From: Mobula hypostoma
Taxonomy: Eukaryota
NCBI RefSeq assembly: GCF_963921235.1
Contig: NC_086104.1
Coordinates: forward strand, 12,772,001-12,836,000
DNA length: 64,000 nt
Reading direction: 5' to 3'
Numbering within the stretch: the first letter of the stretch is position 1; each line of letters begins with the position of its first letter. A program made the translations under genes and the position numbers. The notes beneath the pieces were generated by a model. It saw only the letters and a program-made list of their open reading frames with translations. It did no database searches and had not been told where the DNA came from. Below are positions 51,766 to 64,000 of this stretch, in pieces.

Positions 51766-52499
51766 GAGGGGGAAAAGGCCTTAATAGAGAGGATGTGGGA
51801 AGATGGGGAAGATGTTTCATGTGGTGGTAGAGTCTAAAACTACAAGACACAACCTCAGAATACAGGGGTGTCCTTTTGGAAAGGAGATGAGGGATTTCCT
51901 TAGTAAGAGAGTGGTGAAGTTGTGGAATTTGTTATCACAGGCAGCTGTGGAGTCAGCAGGTATGCATATCTAAGGCAGAAGTTGATAGATTCTTGATTGA
52001 TCAGGGCATGAAGGGATACTGGGAGAAGGCAGGAGACTGGAGTTGAGAGGAAAAGTAGGAGCAGACTCGATGGGCCAAATGGCCTTATTTCTGCTCCTAT
52101 GGCTTATGCTGATTGGCCTGCCGGCCTCTGCAGACTTTCTGATGCTTGTGATTCTCCCACTGCCCAGTGTCCGGTCTGGACTGGGATCCATGCCAATCTG
52201 GTGCCGCTGTCAGACCCGTCTAATGCGGCAAAAAAGCCAATCGGGCAGAGGGAGGTTGGGAGCTGAAGTTAAAATAGGAAAATGTAAAATACAGAAGAAG
52301 ATGGAATAAAAAAAGGCACACAATCAGATGAAATATTGTAATGTAATGGTCCAAGATGTTTATTTCGTGACCACATTTGAAAGGATAAATGTACAGCATC
52401 ACAGACGCATAGCATCTGAACAAAAACAAAACAACAAAAGCCACTGTAGTACAAAGTGGTTGTAGTGTTGTTCTGCCTTGGTAAAGTAGGTCAGTCAAA

Positions 52500-54840
52500 C
52501 TCGTGTTCCTCCATCATGGAACACTTATCGATCAAATGCCTCTGGAGTTCTCATCCGTGTTCCTGACTGCAGCTCATATTCCACCACCGGCCAACTATAA
52601 GCCAGCACTTGCAACACTGCAGTCTCTACAGACAGTCCATTCTGACACATTTTAAATTATAGTCTGAGACTTCAACAAGGCCTGTTCAAAGAAAACCCTG
52701 CCCAGTTATCACCAGTATATAACCTGTAGCACCAGAGGTCCCAGCACACTAGACCACTGCTACATAAAAATGTGGAATTCCTACCGTTCCATGCCTGGAC
52801 CACATTTTGGTAAATCATATCACGTTGTTGTCCCCCTCCTACCTGCACACAGGCAGAGTCTAAAAAGCAAGGCTCCAGAGATTAGAACAACTAAGAGATG
52901 GTCACTGGAGGCAGAGGATTCCTTTGAGTCAGCTTGTTCAAGAACTCATCTGTGGATCTGAATGAATACACCAGGGTTGTAACCAACTTTATCAAAACAA
53001 TGTCCATGAGTGTGTCCCCACTAAATCATTCAGAAGCCCTGGATGAACCATGAGATCTGAAATTTGCTGAGGGCCAGGTCAGAGGGATTCAAATCTGGAA
53101 ACCAAGAATGCTACAAGAGGTGCAGGTATGAACACCAGAGTGCCATCTCACAGACAAAGTGAAGATTCTGGACCAAACTGGAATCAACGAGGGATGCTCG
53201 ACATCTGTGGCAGGATTTGAATGTTATCACCTCCTACAAAGTTAAATCATGCAACTAGGGGGACAGCAGGGCTTCACTCAATGCCTTCTCTGCTGTCTTT
53301 GACCATCAGAACATGGAGGAGCCATCCTGAACCCCCACATCTCCTGATGATCCTTTGGTCTCAGTATCTGAAGCTGACATGTGGGCTGCCTTAAGGAGGG
53401 TGAATACAAGGAAAGCAACTGGGCCTGGCCATGTACTAAAGACCTGTGCTGACCAACTGGTTGGTGTGTTCACTGAGATCTTTAACCTCTCGCTTCAGCA
53501 GTGTGTGGTACCCACCTGCTTTAAGTAGGCTTCAACGATACCAGTGCCCAAGAAGATCGAGGTGACCTGCCTGAATGACTATCACCCTGTTGCAATTACA
53601 TCCACAGTGATGAAGTGTTTTTGAGAAGCTGGTGATTAATAATTCCGCTCCTGCCTAAGCGGTAACTTGGATCCACTCAAATTTGCCTACAGAGCAACAG
53701 TTCCACAGCAGAAACCATCTCACTGGCTATTCACACACCTCTGGAACATCTGAACAGCAGAGATACATCAGGATGGTTTTTATGGATTACAGCTCAGCAT
53801 TCAATACCAGCATCCGCTCAAAACTAATCAATAAGCTCCAGGACCCTGGCCTCAACACCTCATTGTTCAATTGGATCCTGGATTTCCTCATTTGTAGACC
53901 CCAGTCAGGTTGGATTGGCAAAACCATCTCCTCCACAATCTCCACCAGCACAGGTGCCCCACAGGGCTGTGTACTTAGCCTCTTGCTCTACTCAGCCTAT
54001 GACTGTCTGGCTAAGCTCAGTTCCAGCACTATATTCAAGTTTGCTGACAACACTACTGTTGTGGACCGTGTCAATGGTCGTGATGACCGTATCAATGGTC
54101 AGGAGGGAGATTGAAAATCTGGCTGAGTGGTGTCATAATAACAACCTCTCGCTCAATGTCAGCAAGACCGAGGAACTGATTGTAGACTTCAGGAGAGAGA
54201 AACAAGAGTTCCATGAGCCAGTCCTCATTGGAGGATCAGAGTTGGAGAGGGTTAGTAACATTAAATTTCTGGGTGTTACTATCTCAGAGGACCTTTTCTG
54301 GACCCGGCATGTGAAGGCAATTGCAAAGAAAGCACACGTCTACATCCTTAGAAATTTGAAGAGGTTTGGTATGACATCAAAAACTTTGACAAACTTTGAT
54401 GTATAGTGGAGAGTGTATTGACTGGCTGTATCATGGTCTGGTATGGAAACCCCAATGCCTCTGAACAGAGAATCCTACAAAATACAGTGGATTCGGCCTA
54501 GTACCTCACAGGTGAAGCTGTCCCAAACATTGAGCACATCTACACAAAAACACTGTTGTTAGAAAGTAGTATTTATCATCAGAGATCCCCACTGCCCAGT
54601 CCATGCTTGTTTCTTGCTGTACCATCGGGTAGAAGGTCATGTTCTCATAATTTATTGCTATTTATTTATATTTGCATTTCCACAGCTTGTCGTCTTCTGT
54701 ACTCTACTTAATCTTTCATTGATCCTGTTATAGTTACTATTCTATAGATTTGCTGAGTATTCCCCCAGGAAAACGAATCTCAGAGTTATATGTGGTGATA
54801 TATATGTACTCTGTTCATAAAATTTACTTTGAACTTTGAA
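52500..54840 (+). mobile_element. Long decayed Rex1/Babar LINE (endonuclease to 3' UTR)
   Basis: [40 protein letters not shown]; WCHNNNLSLNVSKT; (TTTGAAC)n tail. Confidence 0.8.
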
Positions 54841-56643
54841 CATTGAGTGGTTGCAGGGAAGTAGTTATTGTTGATTTCATTGTGTGAGGCTTCAGGCTTT
54901 TGTACCTCCTGCTCAGCATTACAGTACTTGATGCTTCTTCTTTGAAATGAGAGGAAGGAAAATGCTGAGTAATCACAGGTAACAAAAGTGGTGGTGAAGA
55001 TAGTGAAATCTATTCTCCATTTAGAAAGATAGTTATGATTCAGGAATTGCAAACAATCTAAATGAGAGACTAGAAACACAGACCAACAATTCCTCCTCAA
55101 CTACATCTCATGACACAATGTATTTTAAATTGGCATAGATTGCAATGGCATCTTATGGCATTGTTAGCACAGCAACTCCCTTAATGATCCTCAAGAGCCA
55201 CAACAACATCTCATTCTTGATTTCAAAATACCTGATCTCACATCTTCCACGTCCTTCTCTTTAGTGCAGAGTACTTGTTTGCTATTTAGCCAACATTCTA
55301 CGACTCCAAGCATAAATTCCCTCCTTTATCCTTGAACATTCCTACTTCTTGCTTTTAATGAATGTAAAAATGTTTTGGGCTTCTCATTTCATGTCCCCCT
55401 CCCTTTTTGCCTCCTGATCCTTCCTTGTGGTCTTCCCCTTTGGACCCCCTACTTTATTTTCTTTACATTCCTGCAAGGCCCTTCCTAAACCTTATCTGTG
55501 TCCTCTGCCATTTTGACTAAACTCAGTTTCTCTCTTATCATCTGTTCCTTTACCTGAACACCCTTGTCCTTCCTCCTGACCGGAACATGCCCGTCCTGAA
55601 TTCATGTCCACTGGTTTTTAAATGACTCTCACGTATCACATATGGACTTGCCCAATAACAATTCTAGCCAATTCACTCTGCCCAGTTCTGGTCTAATAAT
55701 GGTGTAATTTGCACTCCTGCAACACAATACTTCCTCTCCCTGGTTCAAATTATTGCAAACCTTTAAAAGGTTTTGATCACTATTTGCAACATACTCCCCA
55801 ACTCAAATATCAGTTACCCCCCCAGGCTGATTTCCCAGACAGGTCTGTCTTCTCATTGGACTGTCCACGTACTGTTTCAAGGAACTCTCTAGGATGTACA
55901 CAACAAATTTTGCCCCATCTGAGCCTCTGTTACTAAAGAGGTCCCCTTCAATATTGAGGGTTAAAAATCACCTGCTACAACAACTCAGATACTTTTAGAT
56001 CTTTCCCATAACCTATCAACATGTCACTTCCCTTCTCACCCAACAGTTATTGGGAGGTCTATAGTATAATCCCATCAGAGTGAATGTACTTTTCTTATTT
56101 TGAGCTCTACCCATATTGTCTCAATGGATGAATCTCCACTGTGTCCTGTCTGGGTGCAGCAGTTTCATTCTCCCTGGTGAGTAATGCAGATAACCATCTC
56201 TTTACCTCCCTCTCCATCACATTTAAAACATCGATATTTGGAACATTGAGCTGTTGTTCCTGTTCCCCTCACAACCACATCTCTGTACTGCCCACACCAT
56301 CATAGTCCTGTGCGCTGATACAGACACTAAGTTCAATTGCCTCACCTCTAATACTCCTTGGACTGGAATAGACTTCCTTCCACCATTTTCCTGAACCTGT
56401 CCCTGACCTAACCTCTACCTTACCATCAATCCCTCCATCTACTGGTCTGATGTTTGTTTCCCAGCACTTTTCCACCACCTTCACACTCTAGTTTAAACTC
56501 TCCTGACCAGGAGCAGCTCGACTGAACCTACCTGCGAGGATGTTGGTTCTCCTGCAGTTTAGATGCAACCTTTCCCCCAGTACAGGTCCCACCTGGCCTG
56601 GAAGGTAACCTGCAATCCATGTACCTGAAGCCCTCTCTCCTGC

Positions 56644-56872
56644 GGGAGGGGAGGGGGAACATCGACTCAGACCATGAGAGGCCTGCGTCGGGCATTTTCA
56701 TGCCTTACAAGGCGCAGATTGGAAGTCTGTGTGGGGCGCCACTCCTAGCACAGACTAGAGCAATGTGTGATTAAGTGCCTTGCTCAAGGACACAAACACT
56801 CTGCCACAGCTGGGGCTCGAACTAGCGACCTTCAGATCACTAGACGAACGCCTTAACCACTTGGCCACGTCC
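56644..56872 (-). mobile_element. tRNA-derived CORE-SINE
   Basis: Minus strand TGGCCAAGTGG (A box), AGTTCGAGCCC (B box), GTGTCCTTGAGCAAGGCACTTAA (CORE-like); TSD ctcctgc/ctcttgc; absent from the paralogous site at about 9950. Confidence 0.85.
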
Positions 56873-57619
56873 CTCTTGCACCAGCTCCATATTCAACTGC
56901 ACTATCTTTTATTTTTTTGTGAAAGTGATTGCAGGAAGGCCCTCCACCAGTCGTAGGGGAGGCGATCAAGATGCAAGGGGCAAGGCCAGCCCACCTTTTA
57001 AGGGGGAAAGGTTTCAGGCCACCCTCCCTTCCTGTGACCTCACAAAGGGGATTGTCTTGGGACATCTCCCACTCTGTGACTTCCCAGAGCTCCCCACCCT
57101 GGCAACAGTCGGTGAGGTGAGGTATTGGACAGATATTGCGGGTTGAGCCCAGAGAGTAAGCAGCGTCACCAAGCCTCTCTCTGTCTGCCCCTGAAATACG
57201 GCTGACTTTGCACATCACTTCCTCCAATATGAAAATACCTATCTCGGGGAAGACCAACTCCTGCCCATCAGACAATAGAGGGTGGTTGAGGGCCAGAGAG
57301 AGGGGCCTGTGAGAGGACTTTGAAGGTAAAGTTCATGGTCGCAGAGGGAGCATACAGTGATTTTTCTTTGGAGACAGAAAGTGAGCATTTGTCGATGCTT
57401 CCCCCTCTGGGACCGGACGTCTCCTCCCCTTCAGGCATTCCGTCCAATTCTCTTCCTCGGCTAGGTTCTCTGGGGACTCCCCCTCTGGGGCTTGGTACAA
57501 GGTTAATGGTAAAATTCTCAGTAGTGTTGAGGAACAGAGGGATCTTGGAGTCCAAGTACATAGACCCCTGCAGAAGTTGATAGTGTGGTTATGAAGTGTG
57601 GTGTACTGACATTCAGTAG

Positions 57620-60125
57620 TCGTGCGATTGAGGTCAATGGCCATGCTGTTTAAGAACTATGGAATTCAGAAACAGGATGGGTGCAGTCACTAAATTTGGA
57701 GCATTCTATAAACCCTCCAAAGACTACCACAATACTGAACAGCAGATAAGCAGGCAGAATTTAGAAAGATGCAAATATTATGATTTAGTTGTCCGTGTGA
57801 CTTTTATTTCTAACACTGATTGGCACCTCCTAATTGTAAAAAGTTTAGATGGGACACAATTTGTTAGATGTGTGTAGGAAGGATTCCTCACAGAGTATGT
57901 GAACAGGCCTACTAGAGGTAAGGCCATATTCAATCCAGAACTACAGTACTATGTAAAAGTCTCAGGCAAGGGTGCCTAAGACTTTTGCACAGTATTGTAG
58001 TAATTTTATATATTGTACTGTACTGCTGTCGCAATAGAAAAAAACAAATTTCACGATGCATGTGAGTGATGATAAGTCTGATTCTGATATGGGTCTCTAT
58101 TGTGGACTGACAGTGGGAGGGTGCAGGGAGAGAGGAATCATGGTTGGGAAAAGGGGAAGGGAGCGGGAAGCACCAGAGAGACATTTTGTAATCAATAAAC
58201 TAATTAAATGACTTTGCCTGGTATCTCAGGGCAGGGTGTGTCTGAACCCGCAGCATCTCCCGGACCGGCACTCCTTCTCTGCCTCCTGACCCACACCCCT
58301 CCAGTGGCACACCACCCTCACCATTCCCAACATCCTTTGCTCTTGCCAGATTTACAAACTCGCTCTCCACTCCACATTGACAAATACAGTACTATGCAAA
58401 AGTCTGAGGCACCCTATCAATATATATATCTATATATGCTTAAAATGTTTGCATTGTTCTGCTGTTAATGAACCTGGTGAGGTGACATACTTTTCAGTGG
58501 GTGAGCATTTCGTAGACAGTGACCTCAAGTCCCTGACCTTTACCATAGCTGATGCACAAGAACAGGAGCAAACAATTGAGGTAATTATTTAATTGGGAGA
58601 GTGATAATTACGATGGTATTAAGCAGGAATTTGAGAGTGTAAATTGTGAACAGATGTTCACAGAAAAATGCACAGTAGAAATGTGGAAGTTTTTTTTTTG
58701 AGAACACTTGCATGGAATTATGGATACGTTTGTCCCATTGAGGTAGGGAAAGGATGGTAGGAACTATTCAGTCAAGAGGAAGAAGAAAGCAAGATTAATC
58801 ATAGGAAGCAAAAATCATACAGGGCTCTTGAGATATGGTAGTTAGGAAGGAGCTGAGGACAGGGCTTGGGAGAGCTAGAAAGGAACATGAAAAGGCCTTG
58901 CCAATTTAGATTAAAGAAAACCCCAAAGCGTTCTATATAGGTGAAAAGGAGGATGACTAGAGTGCTCAGGGATGAAGAGGGAGACGTGCATAGAGGAGGA
59001 GGTCAGGGCAGACTGTAATACATTGCTTCAGTGTTCACCATTGAGAGGGACCTTGATGAATGCATAGATGGCTTAATATGCTGCAGCATGTTGAGGCTAA
59101 AAAAAGAGATGTTTCAAACATTAGGATAGATAAGTCCCTGAGATTGGATGGGATATACCCCAGGTTATACAGCATGTGAGGGAAGAGATTGCTGGGTCAC
59201 TGATGATGCTTGCATTCTCCTTATCCACAAGAGTAGTATCAGAGGAGTGGAAGATGGCAAATGTTGTTCCATTGTTCAAGGAAAGTAGAAGAATTATAGA
59301 CAAGTGAGTCTTACTTCAGTGGTGGGCAAAGTAATGGAAACAGACAGGATTTACTGGCATTTTGAGAATGATTGTCTTATTAAGGATAGTCAGCACAGTT
59401 TTGTGAGGGGTAGGTCTTGATTCATGGGCCAAATTGAGCATTTCAAGGAGGTGACAAAACAAATCCATGAAGATAGAGAAGTGGATCTGGTGTATATGGA
59501 CTTTTGTAAGGCAATTCCCAATGGCAGGCTCATCCATAAAGTCAGGAGGCATGGGATCCATGGAAAGTTGGCTGCAGGGATTTTGCCCACAGAAGACAGA
59601 GGATGCTTGTAGATGGAGCATGTTTAACCTGGAGATTGGTGACTATTGGTTTTCTGCAGGGATCTGTTCTGGGACCCCGCTCTTTGTGATTTTTACAAAT
59701 GACTTGGATAACCACATACAGGGATGGGTTAGTAAGTCTGCAGATGACAAAGGTTGGAGGAGTGGACAGTGTAAAATGTTGTCTAGGTTACAAAGGGATA
59801 TAGATAGGGTGCAGAGCTGATCTGAGAAGTACTGGATGGAGTTCGTAAGGAAAAATGTCAAGTGATTCAATTTGGAAAAGCAAACTTAAAGGCAGAATAC
59901 GAGGTTAAATGCAGAATTCTTAACGGTGTGAAGGAACATAGGGGCCTGGGGCCTGGTGGAATGGAGGGACCTGGGGGTATAGTCCATAGCTCCCTCAAAG
60001 TTGCCGTGAAAGTTTATAGTGTGGCTAAGAAAGTGTATGGTGTTGGCCTTCATTAGTCATGTGATTGTGTTCAAAAGTCATGTGGTAATAGTGCAGTTCT
60101 ATAATATTGTGTTTAAACCACACTT
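57620..60125 (+). mobile_element. Old decayed CR1 ORF2, interrupted by a MITE
   Basis: FYKPSKD..FVRCV, VGEHFVDSD, VYMDFCKAIP..RRHGIHG. Confidence 0.7.
57944..58461. mobile_element. Composite Tc1/mariner-type MITE: two TIR-only mini-elements flanking a core
   Basis: TA-CAGTACTATGTAAAAGTCTCAGGCA..TGCCTAAGACTTTTGCACAGTATTG-TA (57944-57997); second unit at 58387-58461. Confidence 0.7.
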
Positions 60126-60126
60126 C

Positions 60127-60710
60127 ACAAGATCACAAGACAAAGGAGCAGAAGTAGGCCATTCAGCCCATCGAGTCTGCTCCGCCACTCCACCATGAGC
60201 TAAACTATTCTCCCATCTAGTTCCAATTTCCGGCTTTTTCCCCATATCCCTTGATACCCTGACGAATTAGATACCTATCAATCTCCTCCTTAAACACCCT
60301 CAATGATTGGGCCTCCACAGATGTATGTGGCAATGAATTCCACAAATCCACAACCCTCTGGCTAAAAGAATTTCTCCTCATCTCTGTTTTAAATGGGTAC
60401 CTTCTAATTCTAAGACTGTGGCCTCTTGTCCTGGACTCACCCATCAAGGGAGACAGCCTTTCCACATCTACTCTGTCCAACCCTTTCAACATTCGAAATG
60501 TTTCTATGAGATTCCCTCCCATTCCTCTATACTCTAATGAATACAGTCCAGGAGCTGACAAACGCTCCTCATATGTTAGCCCCTGCATTCCAGGAATCAT
60601 CCTCGTAAATCTTCTCTGAACTCGCTCCAACATCAGTACATCTCTTCTAAGATGGGGGGCCCAAAACTGCGCACAGTATCCCAAATGAGGTCTCACCAGT
60701 GCCCCATAGT
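60127..60710 (-). mobile_element. CR1 3' fragment (young)
   Basis: YGALVRPHLGYCAQFWAPH..QRVVDLWNSLP; (TCTTGTGA)n tail. Confidence 0.88.
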
Positions 60711-61536
60711 GTATCTCATCTGCCATTTCTTTGCTCTCTTTAGATGTTCCTTTGCAAACTTCTAATACTGAATTTTGTAGTAAGGATGCAGAAAAGGTTT
60801 TCTTCTGATGACTCTTCCACAAAGGTCATATTTGTGCAGGTGTCGCTACACAGTAGGACTGTGCACCGCCACTCCAGAGTCTGTTAAATCTTCCTGAAGG
60901 TCTTTTGCAGTCAAACAGGGGTTTTGATTTTCCTTTCTAGCAATCCTACCAGCAGTTCTCTCGGAAAGTTTTCTTGGTCTTCCAGACCTCAGCTTGACCT
61001 CCACCATTCCTATTAACTGCTATTTCTTAATTACATTACGAACTGAGGAAATGGCTACCTGAAAACACTTTGCTATCTTCTTATAGCCTTCTCCTGCTTT
61101 GTGGGCATCATTTATTTTAATTTTCAGAGTGCTAGGTAGCTGCTTAGAGGAGCCCATGGCTGCTGATTGTTGGGACAAGGTTCGAGGAGTCAGGGTATTT
61201 ATAAAGCTTTGAAATTTGCATCACCTGGCCTTTCCTAACGATGACTGTGAACAAGTCATAGCCCTAACAAGCTAATTAAGGTCTGAGACCTTGGTAAAAG
61301 TTATTTGAGAACTCAAATCTCTTGGGATGCCTAAACTTTTGCATGGTGTTCCTTTCCCTTTTTTCACTCTAAAATTGTACAAAACAAAAATAATACATTA
61401 ATCTTGCTTAAAATGTTGAAAAGAATGTTTCATCTTTAACTTTATTACTTTTGGAGATCAGTTCATCTTCTACTCACTTAACCATTCAAAGTAACAGAAA
61501 TTTTGACCAGGGGGCCCAAACCTTTGCATGCCACTG
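60711..61536 (-). mobile_element. Tc1 DNA transposon 5' half (TIR and transposase N-terminus, pseudogene)
   Basis: TIR CAGTGGCATGCAAAGGTTTGGGC with TA at 61537-61538; ATG at 61157 gives MGSSKQLPSTLKIKINDAHKAGEGYKKIAKCF..RSGRPRKLS. Confidence 0.85.
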
Positions 61537-61539
61537 TAA

Positions 61540-62290
61540 ATGTGCAGACTATTTTCTAAACGGGGAGAAAATCCAAAAATCTGAGATGCAAAAGGACTTA
61601 GGAGTCCCTGTGCAGAACACCCTAAAGGTTAACTTACAGGTCAAGTCAGTGGTGAGGAAGGCAAGTGCCATGTTAGCATTCATTTCAAAAGGTCTAGAAT
61701 ACAAGATCAAGGATGTGATGCTGAGGCTTTATAAGGCACTGATGAAGACTCACATTGATTACTGTGAACAGTTTTGGGCCCCTCATCTTAGGAAAGATAT
61801 GCTGGCATTGGAGAGGGTCCAGAGGAGGTTCACAGGGATGATTCCAGGAATGAAAGGGTTATCATATGAGGAACATTTGATGGCTCTGGGTCTGTACTCG
61901 CTGGAATTCAGAAGGATAAAGGGGGGATCTCATTGAAACCTTTCGAATGTTGAAAGGCCTAAACAGAGTAGATGTGGAAAGGTGGAGTCTAGGACAAGAG
62001 GGCACGCCTCATTTCAAAACAGAGATGCAGAGAAATTTCTTTAGCCAAAGGGTGGTGAATCTGTGGAACTTGGTGCCATATGCAGCATGGAGGCCAGGTC
62101 ATTGGGTGTATTTAAAGGCAGAGATTGATAGGTTCTTGATTGGACATAACATCAAAGGTTACAGGGAGAAGGCTGGGAACTGGGATTGAGGAGGAGAGAA
62201 AATAAGGATCAGCCATGATTGAATGGTGGAGCAGACTCGATGGGCCAGGTGGCCTAATTCTGCTCCTATGTCTTATGGTCTTATGATCTA
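61540..62290 (+). mobile_element. CR1 3' fragment
   Basis: QKDLGVPVQ..ERVQRRFTGMIPG..FFSQRVVNLWN; CR1 3' UTR. Confidence 0.85.
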
Positions 62291-62599
62291 ATCCTTACCC
62301 TCAGCCATTAGGCTCTATATGTGTCAACCTACAGCCGGGGAAGTGATAACCCCCTCCTGTTAGACAGTTATTAAACTCTCTTTACCAGAACTCTGTTTAG
62401 TTCTGTTTACCACATGCTGCTATCGCAGTCATTTTGTGTAATACTGTAGAATACTACCATCACTTACCTGGACAGTGTGAATGTGCACCGATTATTGTAT
62501 ATTATGGTAATTCTGCATCTTATCAGTGTGAACTTTGAAATCTTGTACATCTTAGTTTTAAGGTAACTGATTTTTTTTCTTGCTACTCTTCTAATATTT

Positions 62600-63118
62600 A
62601 AATATGTTGCTGAGGATATTCTACGAGTCTGTGGTGGCCAGTGCCATCATGTTTGCTGGTGTGTGCTGGGGCAGCAGGCTGAGGGTAACAGACACCAACA
62701 GAATCAACAAACTCATTCGTAAGGCCAGTGATGTTGTGGGGATGGAACTGGACTCTCTGATGGTGGTGTCTGAAAAGAGGATGCTGTCCAAGTTGCATGC
62801 CATCTTGGACAATGTCTCCCATCCACTACATAATGTACTGGTTGGGCACAGGAGTACATTCAGCCAGAGACTCATTCCACCGAGATGCAACACAGAGCAT
62901 CATAGGAAGTCATTCCTGCCTGTGGCCATCAAACTTTACAACTCCTCCCTTGGAGGGTCAGACACCCTGAGCCAATAGGATGGTCCTGGACTTATTTCCT
63001 GGCATAATTTACATATTCCTATTTAATTATTTATGGTTTTATTACTATTTAATTATTTATGGTGCAACTGTAACGAAAACCAATTTCCCCCGGGATCAAT
63101 AAAGTATGACTATGACTA
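62600..63118 (+). mobile_element. Rex1/Babar LINE 3' fragment
   Basis: FYESVVASAIMF..HPLH..RKSFLPVAIKLYN; (TATGAC)n tail. Confidence 0.85.
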
Positions 63119-63245
63119 TTTGTAATGCTGTTGTGACACTGTAATTTCCTTTGGGATCAATAAAGTATCAATCTATCTATCTAAGCAACACACACAAAAT
63201 GCTCGGAACTCAGCAGGCCAAGCAGCATCTGTGAAAAAGAGTAAA

Positions 63246-63282
63246 CAGTCGACGTTTCAGGCCTGACCGTTCATCAGAACTG
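63246..63282 (-). ncRNA. Minimal type I hammerhead ribozyme motif in a Penelope-associated repeat
   Basis: Minus strand CAGTT-CTGATGA-ACGGTCAGGCCT-GAAAC-GTC-GACTG. Confidence 0.68.
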
Positions 63283-63566
63283 GAGAAAAAAGCGGAGGTC
63301 AGGGTAAGAAGGTGGGGGGAGGTCTCCAGCTTTTTGTGTGTTTTTCCTGGATTTCCAGCATCTGCAGATTTTCTCTATTTAAAACAACACGATAATTCAT
63401 CAAAGTGCATTGGGCAGAGATCCGAAGTAAACTAAAACAGAAAGGGAAAGCGCAGCTGTGACTTCGAGTTGTAGGCTTGCTAGTAACACGGTGCTCCGGC
63501 CAGGGAAACACCTACTTCTGAAGCTCTGCCCAAGGAATTATACTTCACATCAAACAATTGCCGGAG

Positions 63567-63710
63567 ACAGCGACACCATCTGAGCTCCGAGGAATTACAG
63601 TCTCTGCTGGACGGCCTCCCGATACAGCGACACTCTCTGAGCTCCGAGGAATTATAGCCTACGCTGCCTCCCCATACAGCGACACCATCCAGACTCTGAG
63701 GAGTTACAGG
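63567..63710 (+). repeat. Minisatellite, 3 copies of about 52-57 bp
   Basis: ACAGCGACAC..CTGAGCTCCGAGGAATTA units starting at 63567, 63624 and 63676. Confidence 0.8.
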
Positions 63711-63798
63711 ATGGGCACGACATAGGCTCTAGAGCGGCCCCTAGTGTTTCAGGTCAGGATGACAGTGGTGCAACAGTAAAGGCTGATTTATCGTCATG

Positions 63799-64000
63799 GC
63801 TATAGTCATAGTCATACTTTATTGATCCCGGGGGAAATTGGTTTTCGTTACAGTTGCACCATAAATAATAAATGGTAATAGAACCATAAATAGTTAAATA
63901 GTAATATGTAAATTATGCCAGTAAATTATGAAATAAGTCCAGGACCAGCCTATTGGCTCAGGGTGTCTGACCCTCCAAGGGAGGAGTTGTAAAGTTTGAT
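63799..64000 (-). mobile_element. Rex1/Babar 3' end (runs off the window)
   Basis: Reverse complement of about 62930-63118, including the (TATGAC)n tail. Confidence 0.85.

Noticed and set aside
56800-56872. Possible tRNA gene (also 14120-14191)
   Set aside because: A and B boxes are present but there is no convincing acceptor stem or terminator; each is followed by a SINE body and flanked by TSDs.
63567-63710. CRISPR-like repeat-spacer appearance
   Set aside because: Eukaryotic context, the spacers are related to each other and there are no cas genes; a minisatellite.

Overview
Eukaryotic (vertebrate) genomic DNA. The repeat content suggests a cartilaginous fish, probably a ray or shark; this is an inference. 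The only intact host genes are three dispersed minus-strand pairs of replication-dependent histone genes, each H2B followed by H2A (about 3.0-4.9, 35.5-37.9 and 49.9-51.6 kb). Each gene has a 3' stem-loop and a U7-binding HDE. The pairs are head-to-tail rather than divergent, and their coding sequences are almost identical while the flanks are clearly diverged. Histone relics are also present: a gene-less copy of the H2A/H2B spacer (1.9-2.7 kb), a 3'-only H2B remnant (36.9-37.0 kb) and a decayed plus-strand H4 with a degenerate stem-loop (49.1-49.4 kb). The rest is layered transposon debris: many CR1 and Rex1/Babar LINE pieces, I/Nimb LINEs, RTE, a 5'-inverted L1, a HERO-type RLE retrotransposon carrying a solo LTR, Penelope-derived short repeats with minimal hammerhead ribozyme motifs, two tRNA-derived SINEs, a Tc1 fragment and a composite Tc1-type MITE. 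There is one 140-N assembly gap. Repeat boundaries were read by eye and are approximate unless TSDs are quoted.
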